Virus record (IMG/VR): IMGVR_UViG_3300018050_000923
From: an uncultured virus (IMG/VR IMGVR_UViG_3300018050_000923)
Taxonomy: Duplodnaviria; Heunggongvirae; Uroviricota; Caudoviricetes
Length of the DNA: 64,000 nt
Direction: 5' to 3' (one strand)
The notes below the pieces were generated by a model. It saw only the letters and a program-made list of their open reading frames with translations. It did not search any database and was not told the origin of the DNA. Position 1 is the first letter of the stretch, and each line of letters opens with the position of its first letter. Of this stretch, positions 56,406 through 64,000 are shown piece after piece. Position numbers and translations under genes: made by a program.

Positions 56406-56612
56406 ATGGAAGATACAAAGGTATCAGTAACACTAGGATATACACTTAATCTTGGAAACTTTCAATCACTAAGGTTAGACCTTGGTGTTGTAGATTCAAA
56501 GCGTGAAGGTGAAAATACAGATCAAGCATTTGAACGTGTATATAAATTTGTTGAAGATAAGTTAGCAGCAAAAATAGCAGAAGCAAAGGTTGAACTAGAA
56601 GAAGGAAATTAG
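56406..56612 (+). CDS. Conserved small phage protein
   Basis: VSVTLGYTLNLGNFQSLRLD. Confidence 0.6.
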   Translation: MEDTKVSVTLGYTLNLGNFQSLRLDLGVVDSKREGENTDQAFERVYKFVEDKLAAKIAEAKVELEEGN

Positions 56613-56613
56613 T

Positions 56614-56922
56614 GTGACAGAAAAACAGAAGCGATTTGCTCTGTTGAATAGGTTTGATAAACACTATAAGTTTAAACTAGAACAAGAGCCACGCTATAAT
56701 AAGTGGGTTGAACAATGGTCTGCAAATGCTCTAATAGAATCATATGGCATTGAACTTTGCTATGAACTATTGGAATATTATTTTGAAGTCACAGAAAATC
56801 CTTCATGGAATCATTTTGCATATATTGCACATGATATACTTGAAAGAAAACAAGAACAAGAAAAAGATTTAGTTGATAGATCTCAACGTAGAAAAATGGC
56901 AAAGGAGTGGCTGGGTGAATAG
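56614..56922 (+). CDS. Hypothetical protein upstream of the helicase
   Basis: ORF overlapping the dnaB start. Confidence 0.55.
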   Translation: MTEKQKRFALLNRFDKHYKFKLEQEPRYNKWVEQWSANALIESYGIELCYELLEYYFEVTENPSWNHFAYIAHDILERKQEQEKDLVDRSQRRKMAKEWLGE

Positions 56923-58141
56923 TACAGAATCAAAGTTAATCTCAGCCGTACTTCAAGATAAACAGGCACACGTATTATTACAAGCAAATATTGAAAACAT
57001 ATTAATCACACATGTCGATGTGTGGCAGTTTATTAGAAAATACTATGAGCACAATGCAACAGTTCCTCCAACAGAATTAGTAGTAGAAAAGTTTAGAGAC
57101 TTTGAACCAGTTGTTGGCGTAGGATCTACTAAGCATCATCTTGAAGAATTACAGGCAGAGTATCTTACAAACAGTTTAAAAGATATTATTAGGTCTGCTG
57201 CTACAGATGTTCAGGGCGGACAAGGTGTGGAAGCACTTGAAACTCTTATTACAAAAACAGCAGAACTTAGAAAAAATACTGCAGCCATTCGTGATATCGA
57301 TGTGACTGATTTAGATTCAGCAGTTGCATACTTTGAAAATCTAAAAAAACAACAAGAGGCTGGCGCTATAGGAATTAAAACAGGTCTTCCAGGTTTTGAT
57401 AACTACTTACCTTCTGGAATCATGCCAGGGCAGTTGGGAGTCTTTCTTGCATATCCAGGTATAGGAAAGTCATGGTTGTCTCTCTATTTTGCTGTACAGG
57501 CCTGGAAACAGGGTCGTAGCCCAATGATTATAAGCCTTGAAATGTCAGAAGTTGAAGTACGTAATCGTGTATTTGCTATCATGGGTGAGGGCCTGTGGTC
57601 ACACCGTAAACTAAGCGCTGGACAGATAGAGATGGACATGCTTAAGTCTTGGCATGCTAAAAGTGTTCAGGGTAAACCAGAATTTCATATTATTTCAAAT
57701 GATACTGGTGGTGATATCACTCCTCTAGTTCTTCGTGGAAAGATTGATCAATACAAGCCAGATTTTGTTATTGTTGATTATTTACAACTTATGTCTCCAA
57801 ACCAAAAGTCAGATAATGAAACGGTACGAATGAAGAACCTTTCTCGTGAATTAAAGTTAATGGCAATTTCTGAAGAAGTCCCAATTATTGCTATTTCTTC
57901 TGCCACTCCAGATGATGTTACTAAACTTGAGACAGTTCCAACACTTGGTCAAACAGCATGGTCAAGACAGATTGCATATGATGCTGACTGGGTTTTGGCA
58001 CTTGGTCGAGGTACTAATAGTGATATTATTGAGTGCGTATTTAGAAAGAACCGTAATGGTTTTATGGGAGAATTCTTGGTTCAGGCTGATTTTGACAAGG
58101 GATATTACAGATATAAGGATTATGAAGATAAGTCAGTATAA
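56915..58141 (+). CDS. dnaB: Replicative DnaB-like helicase
   Basis: AYPGIGKS (Walker A), SLEM, IVDYLQLM, IAYDAD, KNRNG; GTG start after AAGGAG. Confidence 0.92.
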   Translation: MNSTESKLISAVLQDKQAHVLLQANIENILITHVDVWQFIRKYYEHNATVPPTELVVEKFRDFEPVVGVGSTKHHLEELQAEYLTNSLKDIIRSAATDVQGGQGVEALETLITKTAELRKNTAAIRDIDVTDLDSAVAYFENLKKQQEAGAIGIKTGLPGFDNYLPSGIMPGQLGVFLAYPGIGKSWLSLYFAVQAWKQGRSPMIISLEMSEVEVRNRVFAIMGEGLWSHRKLSAGQIEMDMLKSWHAKSVQGKPEFHIISNDTGGDITPLVLRGKIDQYKPDFVIVDYLQLMSPNQKSDNETVRMKNLSRELKLMAISEEVPIIAISSATPDDVTKLETVPTLGQTAWSRQIAYDADWVLALGRGTNSDIIECVFRKNRNGFMGEFLVQADFDKGYYRYKDYEDKSV

Positions 58142-58149
58142 TATGCTCC

Positions 58150-58476
58150 ATGGAGACATTTCAGCACAAGCCCATAAAGAGGTTTGGTTTGGACGGAATC
58201 ATCAATGATGACTCTGCCATATACAGATTACAGCAAGAGTATATCAGGCTACTGGTATCAGAAATGCGATTATCTGGTTATGCCCCAAGGTTTGATATTG
58301 ATCCACAGTTCACATTATCATATAACGAACACAAAAACTACTTTGAATTTACATTAAGCGTATATGGAATATATATAGGGAGAAAAAAATCAGAATGGAT
58401 ATTAGGAATAGACGGAACCAAGCCAGTATATACACAGCCAGTCAAGTTAAAAGAGTACTCGCAGGATCTGGCATAA
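58150..58476 (+). CDS. Hypothetical protein
   Basis: ORF preceded by TATAAT at 7 nt. Confidence 0.55.
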   Translation: METFQHKPIKRFGLDGIINDDSAIYRLQQEYIRLLVSEMRLSGYAPRFDIDPQFTLSYNEHKNYFEFTLSVYGIYIGRKKSEWILGIDGTKPVYTQPVKLKEYSQDLA

Positions 58477-59339
58477 CCGTAGAAAAAGAAGCAGAGTCGG
58501 AGTACATAGTATTTTGTCCATTCCATTCTAACCATAGAACCCCTGCTGGAGAAATTAACAAATATACTGGATTGTTCTTTTGTTTTTCATGTGGGAAAAC
58601 AGCAGATTTAATAGAACTAGTAATGCATTTTTCTAATCGAACATATTTTGAGTCTGTTCGGTTTATTAAAAGCAAAGAGGTAGAAACAGATATATTGTCT
58701 GAAATAAATAATAAGTTAATTGAAAAAGAAGAATGGACAGAGTTCGATATGTCTATTATTAATAGACTTCATGAGCAGGCCTTTTCTTCAGAAAGAGCCA
58801 AAGAATATTTTATTAAAAGAAAAATTAATAGAGAGTCTGTTGCTAAGTTTAAACTTGGTTATTCTGAAAACCAAGATATGGTATCTATTCCAGTCTATAA
58901 TCACGAAGGCCTATGTGTCGGATTTGTGGCAAGATCAGTTGAAGGTAAAGATTTTAAAAATACAACTAAGTTACCAAAGTCTAAAATATTATTTAATCTA
59001 AATAGAGTAAAGACTGCTACCAAAGTTTATGTTGTAGAGTCTTCATTTGATGCTATAAGGCTTGATCAGTTAGGGTTTCCATCAGTTGCAACCCTTGGCG
59101 CCAATGTATCATCCAAACAAATAGAGTTATTAAAAAGATATTTTAATGATGTAGTTATAATTGCTGATAATGATGAAGCAGGCGGGAATATGAAAGAAAG
59201 AATAATTGAGTCATTAGGCAGTAGTGTCACTATAGTAAGCATAGATCAAAAATATAAAGATATAGGCGACATGGAAGATAGTGATATAATTAAACTTAAG
59301 AAAAATTTTAATGATCATATAAAGGAGATGTTTGTATGA
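58395..59339 (+). CDS. dnaG: DNA primase (CHC2 zinc finger + TOPRIM)
   Basis: CPFH..CFSC; VVESSFD; ADNDEAG; KDIGD. Confidence 0.88.
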   Translation: MDIRNRRNQASIYTASQVKRVLAGSGITVEKEAESEYIVFCPFHSNHRTPAGEINKYTGLFFCFSCGKTADLIELVMHFSNRTYFESVRFIKSKEVETDILSEINNKLIEKEEWTEFDMSIINRLHEQAFSSERAKEYFIKRKINRESVAKFKLGYSENQDMVSIPVYNHEGLCVGFVARSVEGKDFKNTTKLPKSKILFNLNRVKTATKVYVVESSFDAIRLDQLGFPSVATLGANVSSKQIELLKRYFNDVVIIADNDEAGGNMKERIIESLGSSVTIVSIDQKYKDIGDMEDSDIIKLKKNFNDHIKEMFV

Positions 59340-59635
59340 GTAAGAAAAACCATATGGAATGGTTAGAGGCCCTAAAAACTATGGGTCATAAAAAGTATTG
59401 GAATAGAGCAAACACTGTAGAGTTTTTTGCCTTTGTTGCTAAAGCAATGATTATTTTACCAGGTTTGCTGTTTGACATAAGTGTTTGGTGGTTTTATATT
59501 TTTGCATTGGTTTCAAGCCTTGGGCTTATCTGGTCTTCAACTGTAAAAACAATACCAACCCTAATTTGGTTTAACATACTATGGTCAATTTTAGCAATAC
59601 TTTATATTGCAAAATATTTTGGTGTTATTTTATGA
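59336..59635 (+). CDS. Small membrane protein
   Basis: About three hydrophobic helices. Confidence 0.6.
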   Translation: MSKKNHMEWLEALKTMGHKKYWNRANTVEFFAFVAKAMIILPGLLFDISVWWFYIFALVSSLGLIWSSTVKTIPTLIWFNILWSILAILYIAKYFGVIL

Positions 59636-61125
59636 AATTAGTTATTATTGGTGGAGGTTCTGCTGGATGGATGAGCAGTCTTTTTCTTAAGAAAAGGTAT
59701 CCTCATTTTGATATTACAGTTATAAATAGTAGCAAATTAGATATCTTGGGTGCGGGAGAAGGAACTGTTGGAAACTCTAGTTTTGCATTTGATTATATGG
59801 AATTAGATGCCTTTGAGTTTATTAAAAAAACAAAATCATCAATTAAAACTGGAGTCAGATTTACTGGATGGAATAAAGACACAGATTATTTTATGGGCCT
59901 TGCTCCAATGGCATATGAAGAAAATAATGATCTATATCCAAAGGTAGTGGCAACTGCTGCACAAAAATATAAATCTTTAAATAAATTAAATATGTATTAT
60001 AGGCAGGCACTTGATGACAGACTTCCCTTTAAAAAATCAAACCTAACAAATAAATACTTTGCAGACTCTACCTTTATATGGAAGATGTGGGTTGCTTGGC
60101 ATTTTGATGCAAGACTTCTTGCTGCCTTCCTTGCTGAAAAAGCAGCAGAACGAGATATCAAGATAGTAGATAACATTGTTACATCCTTTGAATCTGATGA
60201 CGATGGAAATATAAATAAAATTATCTTTGAAGATGATACATTTTTAGATTGTGATTTTATAATTGATTGCACTGGTTTTCAAAGACTTGTTATTGGAAAA
60301 CATTTTAAATCTGAATGGATAGATTACAGCAAATATTTACCGCTAGATACTGGTCTAGCATTTATGTTACCTACAAAAGAGAATTTACCACCATATACAG
60401 AACTAATAGCCATGAATGCTGGCTGGGTTTTTAACATACCTTTGCAGCATAGAACTGGTGCTGGATATCTATATTCTTCAAAATATATAACAGAAGAAGA
60501 AGCAATAAAAGAAATAAAACAAAAATATGGAGATGTTCAAATAATAAAAAAGTTTTATTTTAATGCTGGACATTATAAAGAAAGTTGGATTAAGAATGTC
60601 ATTGCAATAGGCTTGTCCTCTGGATTTTTGGAACCAATGGAGGCAACCACGATACATGGAACTATAAGAATGTTATATAAATTAGTAGATACATTTGATT
60701 TAGAAAATTATAATGAAAGTGATATTGAATATTTTAATGAACACCTACATAGATTCTATGCAGATTGTAGAGATTTTATTGCTATTCATTATATTACAAA
60801 TAGAGAAGATACCCCGTTTTGGAAAAACTTTACAGTAGATAATGAATTATCAGATAACATTAAAAAGTTTTTAGAAAAAATGCAGCAACAAACTGTATAC
60901 ATACACGAAGACATGGACTCCTGGGTATCAGACTTACATAAGGTATACTATGGATCATTAGGTACACATCTAAATGAACATGTTATTTCAAAAGAACTTG
61001 AAGATGGAGATGCTTTAAAAGAAATCGAAAGAATTGATGAAAGTTTTAGTTCACAATTAGAAGATTATATTAAAAATAAAGAGTTTTTTGATATGATTAA
61101 TAATGATGAGTTGACAATTAAATAA
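59632..61125 (+). CDS. Flavin-dependent halogenase (tryptophan halogenase family)
   Basis: IIGGGSAGW, GAGEGT, SIKTGVRF (catalytic Lys position), HFDA, IDCTGF, GWVFNIP, GFLEPMEAT. Confidence 0.88.
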   Translation: MKLVIIGGGSAGWMSSLFLKKRYPHFDITVINSSKLDILGAGEGTVGNSSFAFDYMELDAFEFIKKTKSSIKTGVRFTGWNKDTDYFMGLAPMAYEENNDLYPKVVATAAQKYKSLNKLNMYYRQALDDRLPFKKSNLTNKYFADSTFIWKMWVAWHFDARLLAAFLAEKAAERDIKIVDNIVTSFESDDDGNINKIIFEDDTFLDCDFIIDCTGFQRLVIGKHFKSEWIDYSKYLPLDTGLAFMLPTKENLPPYTELIAMNAGWVFNIPLQHRTGAGYLYSSKYITEEEAIKEIKQKYGDVQIIKKFYFNAGHYKESWIKNVIAIGLSSGFLEPMEATTIHGTIRMLYKLVDTFDLENYNESDIEYFNEHLHRFYADCRDFIAIHYITNREDTPFWKNFTVDNELSDNIKKFLEKMQQQTVYIHEDMDSWVSDLHKVYYGSLGTHLNEHVISKELEDGDALKEIERIDESFSSQLEDYIKNKEFFDMINNDELTIK

Positions 61126-61139
61126 CTGTGTGATACACT
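61111..61139 (+). promoter_or_regulatory. Strong sigma70-type promoter for ssb
   Basis: TTGACA-17 bp-TACACT with TG extension. Confidence 0.75.
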
Positions 61140-61166
61140 ATAAATAACATAACAAAGGAGAAAACT

Positions 61167-61829
61167 ATGAGCGTTATTAAGGGACTAAAAAATATCAATG
61201 CCCTGCTCGATAAGAAAACAGATGAAACAGGTCCAAAGGTTCGCTGGCTTAAGTTGGCCGATGGACAAGCAGTAAAGATTCGATTCATTGAGGAATTAGA
61301 TGAAGACTCTGCAAATTATAATGATAAGCGTGGACTTGCACTTGTTGTAAAGGAACACACAAATCCAAAAGACTATAAGCGTAAGGCTGTAGATACTCTT
61401 GATACAGAAGGTCGTGACTGGGCTGAAGAAATGTATCGCAAAGATCCTAAAGGAAATAGCGGATGGCGTGGTCGTCTTCGTTTTTATTGTAATGTACTTG
61501 TAGACGATGGTATTGAAGATAAGCCTTATGTTGCTATATGGTCTATGGGTGTAAGCAAGCAATCTGCATTTAATACAATTCGTGAGTATGCTCTTGAAAC
61601 AGGTAGCATCTCAAATATTGTATGGAAATTGAAGCGTAATGGTCAAGGTACTGAGACATCTTATACTCTAATTCCATCTGCTCCAGATAAGGAGCCTTTT
61701 AACTGGGAAGGCGTTGAGCCATATCCACTAGAGAAGGCGTTGCGTCGTGTTCCATATGCGGAGCAAGAAGCATTTTATCTTGGATTTGATTCACCTTCAT
61801 CTACATCAGCGACGAATATCGATTGGTAG
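61167..61829 (+). CDS. Single-stranded DNA-binding protein (gp32-like)
   Basis: LKLADGQAVKIRF..KLKRNGQGTETSY; aromatic/acidic end; replication context. Confidence 0.7.
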   Translation: MSVIKGLKNINALLDKKTDETGPKVRWLKLADGQAVKIRFIEELDEDSANYNDKRGLALVVKEHTNPKDYKRKAVDTLDTEGRDWAEEMYRKDPKGNSGWRGRLRFYCNVLVDDGIEDKPYVAIWSMGVSKQSAFNTIREYALETGSISNIVWKLKRNGQGTETSYTLIPSAPDKEPFNWEGVEPYPLEKALRRVPYAEQEAFYLGFDSPSSTSATNIDW

Positions 61830-61838
61830 TATAGATTG

Positions 61839-61862
61839 CTGGGGGGTGTAAAAGCCCCCCAG
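61839..61862 (+). terminator. Stem-loop after ssb
   Basis: CTGGGGGG-TGTAAAAG-CCCCCCAG; no clear U tract. Confidence 0.55.
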
Positions 61863-61870
61863 ATATAACT

Positions 61871-62584
61871 ATGAAAAAAATTGAATTTATAACTAATAAT
61901 AAAAATGTTTTGCTGGGTGTTAGTTCACCAAAACCAGCACAAGAATATATACCTCAGTGGTATAAAGATTCTAAATCATTTTTTACAAGCAATTCTATTA
62001 GTTTTGATAAAAATTTAAATATGACTAAAACAGCAAAACTATGCATTCCAGTTTTAGATTCTATGACATCTGGATATATTCAAGAAACTTGGACAGATAT
62101 ATATATAGAAAGAAATGGAAAAGAAATTAAATATGTTTTTGCTGACTCGTCTATTCCAATATTTTCTTCAAGAGATAAAAGAACTATACAGAATATGCCT
62201 ATACCCACAGGACACCTAGATATACTATTTCACTGGAATAGGGTGTGGTGTCCAAAGGTGCCAAAGGGATATAGTGTTTTGTTTAAGCATCCATCCTATA
62301 GAGATGATTTGCCTTTTACAAGTATATCTGGAATAATAGATTCTGATGAATTTATACTTAATGGAAAGGTAGGATTTTTTATTAAGGATAATTTTACAGG
62401 TTTAATTCCTAAAGGAACACCAATGTATCAAATGATTCCTTTTAAAAGAGATGATTGGAAATCTGAAAGTAGAATGTTGGAAGATGAAGAAAAAGATAAT
62501 TGGCACCGTATCGCAAATAATATCACCAGTGTTTTTACTGGCGGGTATAAAAAGAAATATTGGAAAAGAAAGAAATATACTTAA
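61871..62584 (+). CDS. Third paralog of the 18169/18882 family
   Basis: IPQWYK..TAKLCIP..SGY..HPSYRDDLPF..IIDSD..KGTPMYQMIPFKR. Confidence 0.7.
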   Translation: MKKIEFITNNKNVLLGVSSPKPAQEYIPQWYKDSKSFFTSNSISFDKNLNMTKTAKLCIPVLDSMTSGYIQETWTDIYIERNGKEIKYVFADSSIPIFSSRDKRTIQNMPIPTGHLDILFHWNRVWCPKVPKGYSVLFKHPSYRDDLPFTSISGIIDSDEFILNGKVGFFIKDNFTGLIPKGTPMYQMIPFKRDDWKSESRMLEDEEKDNWHRIANNITSVFTGGYKKKYWKRKKYT

Positions 62585-64000
62585 TGATTAACTATGTACC
62601 ACTACACCTGCATACTCACTTTTCATTATTTGACGGGATTGGGTTGCCGTCAGAATATGTTGAACGTGCTACAAAGTTGGGTATGCCAGCAATAGGAATT
62701 ACAGACCATGGCTCCCTTTCTGGCCACAGAGAAATGTATCGTGTTGCTAAAGCAAGTGGTATCAAACCTATTCTTGGCATAGAGGGATATATGTGCGAAG
62801 ATCGCTTTGACAAAAGAGACAAAGAGGATCGCAAGACACCATTAGATATGGTTTATAACCATATTATTCTTCTTGCCAAGAATAAGGTTGGTTTAGAGAA
62901 TCTTAACAAATTAAATGAAATTGCTTGGACAGAAGGATATTATAAAAAGCCAAGAATAGATTTTGAAGTACTTTCCAAATACAAAGAAGGTATTATAGTT
63001 TCATCTGCATGCCCAAGTGGAATTATTGCTAAGTCAATCGAACTTGGTGAACTTGGAATGGCAAAGAAATATATAAAGTGGTTTAAAGAAGAGTTTGGTG
63101 ACGATTATTATCTTGAGGTAATGCCTCATAATGATGAATCAATAAATAGAACTATTTTACAATTAGCAGATGAGTTCAAGATTAAGCCTATTGTAACTCC
63201 AGACTGTCATCACGTTGATCAATCACAAAAAGAAATTCAGGAATTAAAACTTATTTTAAATACTTATTCTAATAAGATTCAAAAAGATGCTACATACGAA
63301 AAGTCAAAAAAGCAGGGCGATTTAATGAAGCGTCTTGATTATTTGTATGGCGCAGATAGACAAATGTCATTTAATAAGTTTGACATTCACCTACTTTCAT
63401 ATGAAGAAATTCAGGCTGCTATGGAAAAGCAAGCAGTATGGAGAACAGATATTTATGAAAATACAATTGATCTTGCTAATAAGATTGAAGATTATGATAT
63501 CCAGGATGGTCTAAATCTTTTGCCTGTTCAGTATAAAAATCCAGATAAGCAACTAAAAGATTTAGCAATGCAAGGCTTAGTAGATAAAGGGCTTAATAAA
63601 AATCAAGAATATCTTGATAGACTTGAAGAAGAATTAAAGGTTATTCAAGATAAAAAATTTGGTCCATACTTCCTTGTTGTTCAGAGCATGATCTCTTGGG
63701 CAAAAAAGGAAGGAATTATGGTTGGTCCAGGTCGTGGTTCATCTGCTGGCTCTTTACTGTGCTATGCACTTGGTATTACTGATATTGATCCATTAAAGCA
63801 CGGACTTCTATTCTTCCGTTTTATTAATCCAGAGCGTAATGATTTTCCAGATATTGATACAGATATTCAAGATTCTCGTCGTGATGAGGTAAAAGATTAT
63901 CTTGTTAGACAGTACAAACATGTTGCATCTATTGCTACATTCTTAGAGTTTAAAGATAAAGGTGTAGTTCGAGATGTTGCTCGTGCACTAAACATACCTT
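62584..64000 (+). CDS. dnaE: DNA polymerase III alpha subunit, 3' truncated (absent from ORF track)
   Basis: MINYVPLHLHTHFSLFDG..ITDHG (PHP domain), GPGRGSSAGS, FPDIDTD. Confidence 0.93.
   Translation, partial: MINYVPLHLHTHFSLFDGIGLPSEYVERATKLGMPAIGITDHGSLSGHREMYRVAKASGIKPILGIEGYMCEDRFDKRDKEDRKTPLDMVYNHIILLAKNKVGLENLNKLNEIAWTEGYYKKPRIDFEVLSKYKEGIIVSSACPSGIIAKSIELGELGMAKKYIKWFKEEFGDDYYLEVMPHNDESINRTILQLADEFKIKPIVTPDCHHVDQSQKEIQELKLILNTYSNKIQKDATYEKSKKQGDLMKRLDYLYGADRQMSFNKFDIHLLSYEEIQAAMEKQAVWRTDIYENTIDLANKIEDYDIQDGLNLLPVQYKNPDKQLKDLAMQGLVDKGLNKNQEYLDRLEEELKVIQDKKFGPYFLVVQSMISWAKKEGIMVGPGRGSSAGSLLCYALGITDIDPLKHGLLFFRFINPERNDFPDIDTDIQDSRRDEVKDYLVRQYKHVASIATFLEFKDKGVVRDVARALNIP

Noticed and set aside
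23186..64000. Inteins or introns in nrdJ, dnaB, dnaE; stop-codon reassignment; tRNAs
   Set aside because: Conserved motifs are contiguous, all three stops end genes normally, and no cloverleaf-sized intergenic element was recognised

Overview
64 kb of an AT-rich, large tailed-phage (siphovirus-like) genome. Nearly all genes are on the + strand and use the standard code. An actinobacterial (freshwater-type) host is inferred from apparently leaderless genes, a monomeric class II RNR, an actinobacterial-type 3Fe-4S ferredoxin and DnaE; this is not proven. Layout: 1-16.3 kb fibre/decoration genes; 23.2-25.2 kb nrdJ; 25-55.7 kb virion core (portal, HK97 protease/scaffold, major capsid, neck, tail tube, chaperones, 3207-aa tape measure, tail tip); 55.7-64 kb replication (DnaB, primase, SSB, DnaE). 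The most striking structure is two parallel cassettes: [fibre protein ending in a shared '...GDL' domain] -> [PASTA-like domain + low-complexity repeat protein] -> [cluster of tailoring enzymes]. Cassette 1 has a (VTPP)n/Cys-module protein followed by a prolyl-hydroxylase-like 2OG oxygenase, a glycosyltransferase and two more oxygenase-like genes. Cassette 2 has an (xGFSHY)n protein with a C-terminal Hint domain, followed by paralogous uncharacterised proteins, an oxygenase, a ferredoxin, a GT2 and a sugar epimerase. Together they suggest a RiPP-like/glycoprotein system for chemically decorating virion fibres. Other signals: a kinase-like domain inside the tape measure, tail chaperones made by gene duplication rather than frameshift, a 4-box DnaA cluster between portal and protease, and -10 boxes overprinted on stop codons. 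All family assignments are from motif reading, not database searches.
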